From Patescibacteria group bacterium (GTDB lineage Bacteria; Patescibacteriota; JAHJAL01): a stretch of 64,000 nucleotides of DNA. The DNA lies in contig JBMORM010000025.1 in assembly GCA_049322675.1 (NCBI GenBank), positions 520-64,519 on the forward strand, read 5' to 3'. Shown here piece after piece: positions 55,242 to 64,000 of the stretch. Position 1 is the stretch's first letter, and each line of letters opens with the position of its first letter. The notes below the pieces were generated by a model, which had not been told where the DNA came from, ran no database searches, and was given only the letters and a program-made list of their open reading frames with translations. The position numbers were made by a program, and so were the translations under genes.

Positions 55242-57392
55242 TTAATAACTGATTCGGACGGTGTTGCTGTAGGTAACTATGCTGCCATTGTAGGCGCCAA
55301 TTCGATAATAATATGAATGGCCGCTTTTGGCGCTGGTATCAACATAGCTTTTACTATCAGAACCAGAAATAAATTTGTAATATTCGTCGGGATAGGTGGG
55401 GGAACTATCAGTTTCGGAACGCATTATTTTGTAACCGCTAATACTGTCTTGATCGTAAATATTCCAGGTCAGCTTGATACCGCCAGTGACAGTATTTGCT
55501 TCCAACTCAAGATCTTCATTGTCGGAATTGTTGTTGCCGGTGAATTCGATTGATCTGGTAGATGTGTATTCCAATATGTCATTACCGTCATATGCGCCGA
55601 TTCGATAATAATACACTTGGCCATTGTTGACTGATGTATCGACATAATCAAGATTATTGGTGCCGGAAATATATGTCAGATAATGATCTGGGTAATTGGG
55701 CGAGCTGTTGGAAGTTGAACGGACGATTTTGTAGCCGATAGCGTCATCATAATCAGTTTTATTCCATGATAGGTGAATGCCGTTATTTTGAGACGAAACA
55801 TCGAGGGTGAATTCGGTTGATGAAGCGGAATCGTTTCCGTTGTGGCTAATGTAGATATAATTGGAATACGAAATTACTGAGCCATTTTTGTAGGCGCCGA
55901 CACGATAGTAATATGATTTGTTGTTGGATACTGATGTGTCAAGATAGTCGGTATTGTTGGCGCCGGAAATATAGACTAAATAGTCATTGGGATAGGTTGG
56001 TTCCGATGATGTTAGAGATCGGACGATTTTGTAGCCATCAATGTTGCTATTGTTGGTTTGGACAGAATATGGATATTGGTCCCAGGTAAGACGAATTCCG
56101 TTGTCTTGGTCGTAGCCTTTTAGTTCAAAGGAAGTCGTAGTTGAGTTATTGGATGAAGGAACGGAAAGATATATCGAATTGGTGTATTCGATGACTCCCG
56201 AATTTGAACTGTATGCTCCAATACGATAATAATAATTGTGTCCGTTGCTTACCGAGGTATCAGTATACGAAAGAGTGTAAGGATCTGATAAATATACCCA
56301 CCAGTCGTTGGGGTAGGTTGGATTACTATTGGTTTCGCTTCGGACAACTTTGTATCCGGAAATAGTATTGGACGCGGTTTGAAGAGTGTTAAGATAATTT
56401 GTCCAATTTAATTTTATTTGGCTATTGTTGACTGAGCCCGATAGAGTGAAGTCGGTAGTGTCAGTATTATTGTTTGAATCTCCATCAACTGATTCACTGG
56501 TGACTTCGATAATCCAAAAAACACCATTTTGACCTATCCAGGTTAGATTTTCTGCGACAGGGGTAAAATATTCGGTATATTTTCCAGGCGTACTAGGAGC
56601 TTGGACATAAAATTCGAAAGTGCCGGATTGACCTGGATAAATGCTATTTTCTTTCAGATTGCAAGCACGATTGGCAGAAAGCCAGGTGTGTTTGAAAAAG
56701 AGAGAGTGGCGATCGCGATTACTATCTGTTCCGAGGTGGATGGGGTTGGTTCCAGAATTGCTCCAGGTGTTTGATCCGGTATTTTTGAATTTGACGGTCA
56801 TTAGTTTTATTTCTCCGGGTGACAAGGAAAATTTTTCTTGGGGTTCTTGTGACTCAAAAGCGGCATGATATCCATTTTGATTATCATAACTTAAATCGGT
56901 CGTATTTTCTGTCTTTTCTCCATTGACAGCAATATCCCAAAATACTCCATAGTCTTCCATCCAGGTTATTCCTTCAACCACCGGTTGAAAATATTCTTTG
57001 TAGGTTTTGGTCGTTTCGGGGGCTTTGATATAGAATTCGAATTTGCCGATTTGTCCGGGTGCAACTGAACTTTCCAATAGTTTGGCGGCGCGATTGTTCG
57101 ACTCCCAGGTGTGTTTGTAAAAATCGGAATTTCTGTCTTGATCGTGGCTAGTACCCAGTCTGACGGGATGATCACCGTAATTGTACCAGGTAGCGGTGCC
57201 GGTATTTTTAAATTTTACCCAAATGGTGGTGATTTCCAAGGGTTGTAAATTGGGATAAGTGCTTTGTTCTACCCATTCGCAGTGGTAACTGCCAGGGTTG
57301 GTATCAACCGTTGATGGTTGTTCCGACATGGCTTGAGCGGTTTGGGTGAGCATAATTACACTTAGTAAAAGCGCAATTAGTTTTCTTTTCAT
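55242..57392 (-). CDS. Secreted multi-domain surface protein: signal peptide, 2 NBR1-like Ig-like beta-sandwich domains, 4 FN3-like repeats
   Basis: The signal peptide is MKRKLIALLLSVIMLTQTAQA. Two paralogous roughly 110-aa domains follow, KFKNTG..TW...LGT...DR.S.F.KHTW.S.NRA...E.S..PGQ.G.FEFY..AP. Four repeats of roughly 95 aa then follow, YK(I/V)VRS...P.YP.D...Y(I/L)S...Y.DTSV.NG..YYYR(I/V)GAY. There is no catalytic motif. Confidence 0.75.
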   Translation of the reverse strand: MKRKLIALLLSVIMLTQTAQAMSEQPSTVDTNPGSYHCEWVEQSTYPNLQPLEITTIWVKFKNTGTATWYNYGDHPVRLGTSHDQDRNSDFYKHTWESNNRAAKLLESSVAPGQIGKFEFYIKAPETTKTYKEYFQPVVEGITWMEDYGVFWDIAVNGEKTENTTDLSYDNQNGYHAAFESQEPQEKFSLSPGEIKLMTVKFKNTGSNTWSNSGTNPIHLGTDSNRDRHSLFFKHTWLSANRACNLKENSIYPGQSGTFEFYVQAPSTPGKYTEYFTPVAENLTWIGQNGVFWIIEVTSESVDGDSNNNTDTTDFTLSGSVNNSQIKLNWTNYLNTLQTASNTISGYKVVRSETNSNPTYPNDWWVYLSDPYTLSYTDTSVSNGHNYYYRIGAYSSNSGVIEYTNSIYLSVPSSNNSTTTSFELKGYDQDNGIRLTWDQYPYSVQTNNSNIDGYKIVRSLTSSEPTYPNDYLVYISGANNTDYLDTSVSNNKSYYYRVGAYKNGSVISYSNYIYISHNGNDSASSTEFTLDVSSQNNGIHLSWNKTDYDDAIGYKIVRSTSNSSPNYPDHYLTYISGTNNLDYVDTSVNNGQVYYYRIGAYDGNDILEYTSTRSIEFTGNNNSDNEDLELEANTVTGGIKLTWNIYDQDSISGYKIMRSETDSSPTYPDEYYKFISGSDSKSYVDTSAKSGHSYYYRIGAYNGSIVTYSNTVRISY

Positions 57393-57415
57393 GATTCTCC
57401 TTTAATATAATAAAT

Positions 57416-57751
57416 TTATTTGGGATTTTTTTTGGTGTTGGAAATTTCGATTATTTTTTCTGGTTTTGTTTCGGATTTTTCTTCTTGAGGCAAATATTTT
57501 GCTAAGATGTTGGGCGGAGTTAGTTTGATGAGTAGATAAGCGCAGCCGGAGAAAACAGCAGCATCGTCGATTAATCCTAATACAGGGATGTAGTCGGTAA
57601 TAAAATCGAGGGGAAGAATCAGATATAGAATGAAAATTAGAGTTGGAAAAAATTTGGCTCGAAAAGGGACTTCCCAATCAAAATATAGTTTGAATGGCAG
57701 AGCCAAACTTTCGAGAGTTTGAATAAATGGTGGTTTGGGGACTATATTCAT
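57416..57751 (-). CDS. DUF1232 (YkvA-like) membrane protein
   Basis: The family hallmark DYIPVLGLIDDAAV is present. It has 2 TM helices. Confidence 0.55.
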   Translation of the reverse strand: MNIVPKPPFIQTLESLALPFKLYFDWEVPFRAKFFPTLIFILYLILPLDFITDYIPVLGLIDDAAVFSGCAYLLIKLTPPNILAKYLPQEEKSETKPEKIIEISNTKKNPK

Positions 57752-57768
57752 GAGAAGGCATTTAATAA

Positions 57769-60534
57769 TTAATTGACATTTACAGATACGGAAAGAGAAC
57801 TTTGATTTCCAGAGTTGTCAAAGGCAATGATTTTGATAACATAGTTTCCTGACCCAGGATAATTCCAGGTTAGCGAATATACTTGATTGTTACCAACACT
57901 TACTGAACCATATGGATTGGAATTGATTTTGTATTCTACGCGATTAACACCAGATTCATTGTCTTTGGTTTCGACTTGTATGTTCAAAGGGAAGGCGTTG
58001 GAATTGAGATTGGTGTTATTGGGGGAGATGATTGATAGAGTTGGGCCGGTCGTGTCTTCGATGTTGTTGATAATGATATTTTTGGTGTCGGAGGCAGTAA
58101 GATTTTGTTTGTCAGTGAGGTTGACAGAGATAAAGTGTTGCCCGTTTTTGATCTGGGTGACGTTATGAACAAATGAATAGGGCTGAGAGTTGACTGATCC
58201 AATCGGATTGCCATCGAGAAAAAAATCGATTTTCTCTACGCCACTTGGAGCATTAACTGAAGTATTGATAGTAAGTGTGTTGTTGATGGTAGAATTGGCG
58301 TCGGGATAACTGATTGATATCGTTGGTTTGACTTGTTCGAGCGTACATTTTTCTGTTGGAGGAGGAGTGCCCATGCTGCCCGACCAAGCCAAAACGGGTT
58401 GTTCCCAGCCGGGATTATCGGGCATTTCGGAGTGGACGATGCGGTAAGTTTTGGTTTCAGTTAGTTCAGCGGGAATACTGTCGTCGGCTAGTTTTCCATT
58501 GGTTTTACATACTTTGTAGGTAGTAATATCTTTGGAATATTCTGTAGGTACTTGCCAGGCAGCACCAATGTCAGTAATGGTCTCTGATCCGTTAACTGGT
58601 TTGAGATTAGAATATCTGTCAACAGTGATAGAAATTATGCCGTCAGGTTTTTTAAATTCTTCAACTGGAGTGGAATCCAAAACAAAGTGCATGTATTCGT
58701 TCCAGATTGGTGCAGCAACATAAACGCCGGATTCTCCGGCCATTTCCGAATTGTCATTGTTGCCGGCCCAGACTCCGGTGACGACTGATGGAGTGTAGCC
58801 AACTGTCCAGCCATCTCGATATTCGTCGGTAGTACCGGTTTTGGCAGCAACAGGTCGATCTGGGAAAAATAGGGGACTGGACGCGCCAAAGGTGGGGATA
58901 CGAGCATTGTTGTCCGAGAGAATGTTGCTGATCATGTAAGCTATTTGAGGATTGAATATTTCTTTTTGATTTTTTTTACTATCTTCATCTTTCCATTCTT
59001 CCAAAACGTTGTTATTGGTGTCGGTGATTTTTAGAATGCTGGCGACGGGGTTGTGTTTGCCTTCGTTGGCAAAAACTCCATAGGCATTTGTTAACTCGAC
59101 TAACTTGACTTCACCACCGCCAAGAACCAAGGATAGTCCATATCTTTCCGGATCGTTGAGAGATTCGATGCCCATCTCGTTGGCAATTTTTATTGTTTTT
59201 TCCAGTCCGACTAAAGCGAGCATTTTGACGGCTGGGATATTGAGGGAGTTTTGCAGTGATGATCTGATGGTGACTGGGCCACGAAATGTTTTGTCGTAGT
59301 TGTTGGGGGCATAATTACCGCCAAAATCAGTTTTTACATCAAATAGCGTACTTCCGGGAAACCATTTGTCCATAAATCCAATGGCATATACAAAGGGCTT
59401 GAATGATGAACCGGGTTGTCTTTGAGCGATGGCTACATTTACGTTTGGTTCAAAAGTGCAATCGCTGCCTTGGGTACAACCTGCTGGGGAGGATTCGGCA
59501 AAATAATCTTTGCTGCCAACCATAGCCAGTATTTGTCCGGTTTTGGGATCGATAGAAACCAGTGATGCGTTGTGAGCATTCATTTCCGGACCATTTTTTT
59601 CGGCGTATTTTTTGACGATCTCTTGGGCTTTTTCCTGTTTGTCATAATCAAGGGTGGTAACGATATTTAGTCCGCCTTCTTCGATTTGCTTTTGGGAGTA
59701 TTTTCCTGCCAGGTTTTCCAGAATATAAAAGACGAAATGGGGAGCTTTGATGTCTTCATTTTTGCGTTGGAAGGTGAGTTGAACGGTGACGGCTTCGTCA
59801 AGTTGTTGTTGGTCGATATAACCCATATTTTTCATCTCGCCTAGGATCCAGTGATGGCGTTCGCTCAGTTCATCCGTGTGATTGCCGTAGGGTGAGTAAT
59901 AACTGGGTGCTTGGATTATTGCTGCCAAGACTGCACTTTCTGCAAGTGTCAGGTCTTTGACATCTTTGCCAAAATAGGTTTCAGAAGCGGCTTGAACACC
60001 ATAAGCGGTACTGCCAAATGGAATTTCGTTGAGATAGATTTGTAGTATTTCGTCCTTGCTCAACATTTGCTCAATCTCGATGGAAAGAATTAGTTCTTTG
60101 ATTTTGCGGGCAATAGATTTTTCGGTGGTGAGCATGGTGTTTTTGATTGTTTGTTGGGTAATAGTACTTGCTCCTTGCGAGTAGCCTCCGTGACTGATAT
60201 CTTGGATGGCAGCAGAAATTGTTCGTTTAAAATTGAAGCCGGAGTGATTGTAAAAATCGCGATCTTCAGTAACTATTACTGCGTCTTTTAGAAATTTTGG
60301 TATTTCTTCAAGAGGAACGAGTTTACGGTTTATGTCACCGTGAACTTCATATAAAAGTTTGTTGTTGCGATCAAATATTTTGGTAGTTTGGGCGATGTTT
60401 CTTTGTTGAAGTTTGGAGGGGTCGGGTAGTTGAGTGGAATAATGGAAAAATAAAATTGATGAAGCCAAAGCTCCCAACGAGAAAAGAAAAAGGCCAATTT
60501 GCAGCACCCATTTTATAATTGCTTTGTAGAGCAT
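57769..60534 (-). CDS. Class A penicillin-binding protein (bifunctional GT51 transglycosylase / transpeptidase) with C-terminal tandem Ig-like extension
   Basis: GT51 motifs are EDRDFYNHSG and QGASTITQQ. The transpeptidase motifs are SSFKPF (SxxK), SLN and KTGTT. A roughly 230-aa C-terminal region has two beta-sandwich-like repeats: VNAPSGVEKIDFFLDGNPIGS and VETKDNESGVNRVEYKINSNPYGS. Confidence 0.9.
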   Translation of the reverse strand: MLYKAIIKWVLQIGLFLFSLGALASSILFFHYSTQLPDPSKLQQRNIAQTTKIFDRNNKLLYEVHGDINRKLVPLEEIPKFLKDAVIVTEDRDFYNHSGFNFKRTISAAIQDISHGGYSQGASTITQQTIKNTMLTTEKSIARKIKELILSIEIEQMLSKDEILQIYLNEIPFGSTAYGVQAASETYFGKDVKDLTLAESAVLAAIIQAPSYYSPYGNHTDELSERHHWILGEMKNMGYIDQQQLDEAVTVQLTFQRKNEDIKAPHFVFYILENLAGKYSQKQIEEGGLNIVTTLDYDKQEKAQEIVKKYAEKNGPEMNAHNASLVSIDPKTGQILAMVGSKDYFAESSPAGCTQGSDCTFEPNVNVAIAQRQPGSSFKPFVYAIGFMDKWFPGSTLFDVKTDFGGNYAPNNYDKTFRGPVTIRSSLQNSLNIPAVKMLALVGLEKTIKIANEMGIESLNDPERYGLSLVLGGGEVKLVELTNAYGVFANEGKHNPVASILKITDTNNNVLEEWKDEDSKKNQKEIFNPQIAYMISNILSDNNARIPTFGASSPLFFPDRPVAAKTGTTDEYRDGWTVGYTPSVVTGVWAGNNDNSEMAGESGVYVAAPIWNEYMHFVLDSTPVEEFKKPDGIISITVDRYSNLKPVNGSETITDIGAAWQVPTEYSKDITTYKVCKTNGKLADDSIPAELTETKTYRIVHSEMPDNPGWEQPVLAWSGSMGTPPPTEKCTLEQVKPTISISYPDANSTINNTLTINTSVNAPSGVEKIDFFLDGNPIGSVNSQPYSFVHNVTQIKNGQHFISVNLTDKQNLTASDTKNIIINNIEDTTGPTLSIISPNNTNLNSNAFPLNIQVETKDNESGVNRVEYKINSNPYGSVSVGNNQVYSLTWNYPGSGNYVIKIIAFDNSGNQSSLSVSVNVN

Positions 60535-60693
60535 ATAAAAAAATAATTTATATGGTTTATATAATCAGTTTTAATTATACTATATAATAGTTAAAAGTTA
60601 GAAAGTTTAAAGTTAAATAGTTTGAAGGTGTGAAGGTGTGAAGGTTATGAACGTTCATACCTTTATTAGTTTATACGTTTAAACTTTATTAAA

Positions 60694-61911
60694 ATGAATA
60701 AAATAAAATTATTGAAAAAGTGGGTAGAGGATAGGTCTGAGCAGATTATTGATTGGGATGGTTTGCAGGAAAAAATTGAATCGGGAAAACAGATCTTGAT
60801 AAAATATGGCGCTGATCCTAGCAAGCCAGATTTACATCTTGGTCATGGGGTGTGTTTGCGCATGATGAGAAAATTTCAGGACGAGTTGGATGCCAAGGTG
60901 CAGTTTTTAATTGGCGATTTTACTGGTCAGATCGGAGATCCAAGTGGTAAATCGAAAGCCAGAGAGGTGTTGGATGAAAATCGAGTGAAAGAAAATGCCT
61001 TATCTTATGCTCAGCAGGTTTTTCAGATTTTGGACAGAGAGAAAACTGAAGTGTGGTCGAATGGCAGTAAATTAAATTTTGTCGATAACTGTCAGGGTGG
61101 CTGGTGGAATCAGATGAATTTGAGTGAATTTTTGTCCTTGCTGACAATGGTGACACACGCCAAATTGATTGATCGTGATATGTTTCAAGAGCGGATAAAA
61201 AATTCACAAGAAATTTATATGCATGAAATGATGTATCCTATTTTGCAAGGATATGATTCGGTAATGATGAAATCGGATTTGACTATAGTCGGCAATGATC
61301 AGTTGTTCAATGAGCTTATGGGCAGATTTTTTCAAGAGAGGTTTAAACAAAAACCACAAACTATAATAACTGTTCCGTTATTGGTTGGTTTGGATGGGGT
61401 TCAAAAAATGAGTAAATCGTTGGGAAATTATATTGGTTTATCCGATACGGCGGAGGATATGTTTGGCAAAACTATGTCGATTCCTGACAGCTTGATTGTT
61501 GATTGGGCGAGGTTAGCGACAGACTTGGATTTTCAAGAAATGCAAAAATTATTGGATAGTGATAAAAATCCCCGAGACGTAAAAATGATGGTGGCAATTG
61601 ATATTGTGCGACAATACTATGGTCAAGAAAAAGCACTTGCGGCCAAGGACAATTTTGTGAATATTTTTGGCAAAAAAAACAATCCAGATGAGATGAAAGA
61701 AATAAAAATTGAAAATGAGAGAGTTAGGTTGGTGGATTGGCTTTGGGAAAACAAGTTGGTTGATTCAAAAGCAGCCGCAAGAAGATTGATAGAGCAGGGA
61801 GGAGTCAAAATTGATAATATTAAACAACTTTCCAGTACTCAAGAAGTTGAGTTAAAGGATAAAATGGTGATTAGAGTGGGAAAAAGGATATTTGTAAAAT
61901 TGGTGAAATAA
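60694..61911 (+). CDS. tyrS: Tyrosine--tRNA ligase
   Basis: The HIGH-type motif is DLHLGH. It has KMSKS. A C-terminal S4-like domain is present, AARRLIEQGGVKID. Confidence 0.9.
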   Translation: MNKIKLLKKWVEDRSEQIIDWDGLQEKIESGKQILIKYGADPSKPDLHLGHGVCLRMMRKFQDELDAKVQFLIGDFTGQIGDPSGKSKAREVLDENRVKENALSYAQQVFQILDREKTEVWSNGSKLNFVDNCQGGWWNQMNLSEFLSLLTMVTHAKLIDRDMFQERIKNSQEIYMHEMMYPILQGYDSVMMKSDLTIVGNDQLFNELMGRFFQERFKQKPQTIITVPLLVGLDGVQKMSKSLGNYIGLSDTAEDMFGKTMSIPDSLIVDWARLATDLDFQEMQKLLDSDKNPRDVKMMVAIDIVRQYYGQEKALAAKDNFVNIFGKKNNPDEMKEIKIENERVRLVDWLWENKLVDSKAAARRLIEQGGVKIDNIKQLSSTQEVELKDKMVIRVGKRIFVKLVK

Positions 61912-61914
61912 TAT

Positions 61915-63651
61915 ATGAATTATGTTTGGGAAAAATTTGAAAATGAAGTGAGAGAATTATTGTTGACAGAGAAGATTGAGCGACGAGATATTTTGTTGAA
62001 TCGACCAGATCGGATGGAAAATGGCAATATTTCTTTTCCTTGTTTCTCCTTGGCAAAGACAAGAAAAAAATCGCCAAAAATTATTGCTGATGAATTGGTA
62101 GAAAAATGGAAACAAGGGAGTACAGATTGGAAATATATTTACAAGGTGGAAAGCGTTGGAGGTTATATAAATTTCTTTATTAGAAAAGAGAATTTTTTTC
62201 CTGAATTGGTAGCCGAGTTGGCTGAAAGTACTGATGATTATGGTAGTTTCAATGTTGATTTGCCCAAATTGGTGGGGGTCGAGTTTTTGGAACCCAATAC
62301 CAATAAACCATTGTCAGTAGGACATGCGAGAAATGCTTTTTTGGGTTGGAGTGTGAGCAGAATATTGGAATTTTCCGGTAACAGAGTGATAAAATTTAAT
62401 TTATTTAATGATCGTGGTACCCATATTTGTAAATCTATGTTGGCCTATCAAAAATGGGGAAATGATCGTACGCCGGCAGATGAAGGGATAAAGGGAGATC
62501 ATTTTGTTGGCAAATATTACGTATTGTTTGGAGTTGAGGCGGAAAAAAATCCTGAATTGGAACAAGAAGCACAGCAAATGTTGCATGATTGGGAAAACGG
62601 AGTTGAGAATGTGGTTGCGTTGTGGAAAAAAATGAACGAGTGGTTTTATGAAGGAGTAGAAGAAACTTTGCAAGCCGCGGGAATCAAATTTGATAAAGTT
62701 TATTACGAATCGGATATTTACAAAGAAGGTAAGAATATTGTTTTGCAGTCATTGGAGATGAAAAAATGTTATCGTTTGAATGACGGGGCGGTAGAAATTG
62801 ATTTGACCGATAGGGGTTTGGATAAGAAAATTTTACTTAGAAAAGATGGAACAGCGGTGTATATTGTTCAAGATTTGTTTTTAGCGAAAAAGAAATTCGA
62901 GGATTACAATCTGGATTTGTCAATCTATGTTGTGGCAGACGAACAAAAATATCATTTTGAGGTTTTGTTTAATTTGTTGGATATTTTTGATATTTCAGAT
63001 AAAGATAAAAATTATCATCTTAGTTACGGAATGGTTAATTTGTCTGGCGGAAAAATGAGTTCCAGAAAAGGAACAGTGGTTAGATGGGATGATTTGTATT
63101 TGGAGATGAAGGAATTGGCCAGGCAGGAAATAGATAGTCGCGAAGAAAACTTGTCTGACGAAGAGAAAAATTTTCGAGCAGAAAAGATAGCTTTGGCGGC
63201 GATGAAATTTAAGTTAATCAATCAGGATAAGGACAAAGTAATAATTTTTGACAAAAAAGAGGCAATTCGGTTTGAAGGAGAGACAGGACCATATTTACTT
63301 TATACTTATGCCAGAATAAACAGTATTTTGCAAAAATGTCACGATGATGTATTCTTTCGTCCGAAGGATATGAAAGAGTTTGATAATCAGGAAATGAATG
63401 ATCTTTTGTTCGAGATTGCTTTTTTTTATCGAAAGGTTGAACAAGCAGCAATGACCTATAATCCGGCAGTGATAAGTAAATATTGTTATGTACTATGTCA
63501 GAATTTTAATAATTTTTATCACAAACATCATGTGTTGGCTGCAGAAAATGCTGATCTTGTTCGTTCAAGATTACAATTGTTGTTAATAGTAAGACAGGTT
63601 TTGAAAAATTGTTTGGGTTTGTTGGGGATAGAGTTGTTGGAAAAAATGTAG
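61915..63651 (+). CDS. argS: Arginine--tRNA ligase
   Basis: The HIGH-like motif is PLSVGHARNAFLG. It has KMSSRKG. A DALR anticodon-binding C-domain is present. It is 578 aa. Confidence 0.9.
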   Translation: MNYVWEKFENEVRELLLTEKIERRDILLNRPDRMENGNISFPCFSLAKTRKKSPKIIADELVEKWKQGSTDWKYIYKVESVGGYINFFIRKENFFPELVAELAESTDDYGSFNVDLPKLVGVEFLEPNTNKPLSVGHARNAFLGWSVSRILEFSGNRVIKFNLFNDRGTHICKSMLAYQKWGNDRTPADEGIKGDHFVGKYYVLFGVEAEKNPELEQEAQQMLHDWENGVENVVALWKKMNEWFYEGVEETLQAAGIKFDKVYYESDIYKEGKNIVLQSLEMKKCYRLNDGAVEIDLTDRGLDKKILLRKDGTAVYIVQDLFLAKKKFEDYNLDLSIYVVADEQKYHFEVLFNLLDIFDISDKDKNYHLSYGMVNLSGGKMSSRKGTVVRWDDLYLEMKELARQEIDSREENLSDEEKNFRAEKIALAAMKFKLINQDKDKVIIFDKKEAIRFEGETGPYLLYTYARINSILQKCHDDVFFRPKDMKEFDNQEMNDLLFEIAFFYRKVEQAAMTYNPAVISKYCYVLCQNFNNFYHKHHVLAAENADLVRSRLQLLLIVRQVLKNCLGLLGIELLEKM

Positions 63652-63737
63652 CATTTTTGATGCTAATATAGTTTGATGATATTAAAAACTCGGAAAAATA
63701 TCCGAGGTTTTGTTTTTTTGTTGGATTGAAAGTAGAT

Positions 63738-64000
63738 TTAGGTGTTGACGGTATATATTTTATTATCGGATAAAATATATATTGTCTTTATTTTGGCATT
63801 GACGGTGAAGTTGTCGATTGATCCAAGATCTTCACCGACAAATTGCTTGGAATATTCGCCAGTTTCTTTGTTGAATTCGAGTATTCTTTTATTGTCTGAA
63901 TCAGCAATGTATAAATAATCAAGTTCTTCTTCGGTGTAAATTTGGCCTGGGTTAGCGAGACGGGAATATGGCTCGGGAATGTTTTTGAGTTGATAATCAA
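63738..64000 (-). CDS. 3'-terminal part of a minus-strand gene running off the window (beta-propeller/NHL-like repeat protein); not in the ORF track because the frame has no Met inside the window
   Basis: Reverse-complement frame 3 reads ...DYQLKNIPEPYSRLANPGQIYTEEELDYLYIADSDNKRILEFNKETGEYSKQFVGEDLGSIDNFTVNAKIKTIYILSDNKIYTVNT, then a stop at 63738..63740. It is protein-like, with a YIADSDNKRILEFN blade-like repeat. Confidence 0.45.
   Translation of the reverse strand, partial: DYQLKNIPEPYSRLANPGQIYTEEELDYLYIADSDNKRILEFNKETGEYSKQFVGEDLGSIDNFTVNAKIKTIYILSDNKIYTVNT

Noticed and set aside
55242-57392. A diversity-generating retroelement target, suggested by FN3/Ig repeats and Asn-rich proteins nearby.
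   Set aside because: No reverse transcriptase, template repeat, or VR/TR pair is present anywhere in the window.
1-64000. CRISPR arrays, restriction-modification, toxin-antitoxin or other defence islands.
   Set aside because: No short spaced direct-repeat arrays and no cas-, methyltransferase-, or nuclease-like ORFs were seen. All unexplained intergenic gaps are under 190 bp and were inspected.

Overview
This 64 kb window looks like a low-GC, gene-dense core chromosomal segment of a small-genome bacterium. Its style resembles CPR/Patescibacteria; that identification is an inference from composition and gene content. Almost everything is housekeeping on the + strand.

Genes I can support, in order:
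- lgt, an OmpR/PAS-histidine-kinase two-component pair, greA
- a MurT/GatD lipid II amidation pair
- dnaX, dnaB, yjbQ, lspA, tRNA-Gln
- a 2H phosphoesterase, a GC-rich structured-RNA candidate, an MFS transporter, an RRM RNA-binding protein
- lemA-htpX, tsaC, glyA, tRNA-Leu (- strand)
- a sortase locus with a convergent Asn-rich PEGA/beta-propeller protein, a GT-C-like membrane protein and a cytoplasmic REC-histidine kinase
- ligA, and gatC-gatA-[cyclophilin, hypothetical]-gatB
- htrA, ftsA-ftsZ-yggT-yggU-SEDS(rodA-like)-recO, a divergent Ddl-like ATP-grasp protein, glyQS
- a compact dcw cluster mraZ-rsmH-ftsL-ftsI-murF-mraY-ftsW-murG-murC-murB-ftsQ, then recJ and radA
- a minus-strand envelope operon: class A PBP with Ig-like tail, DUF1232, and a 716-aa secreted NBR1-Ig/FN3 repeat protein
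- tyrS and argS

I saw no transposase, integrase, CRISPR array, restriction or obvious defence genes.

Signals that most deserve a second look:
- an A9 run in dnaX at the domain III/IV boundary, with immediate stops in both alternate frames (possible tau/gamma by slippage)
- four (G/A)AAGTGG direct repeats at 10-bp phase upstream of mraZ (MraZ operator)
- a GC-rich terminator-capped RNA element upstream of the MFS gene
- the sortase and envelope-protein loci
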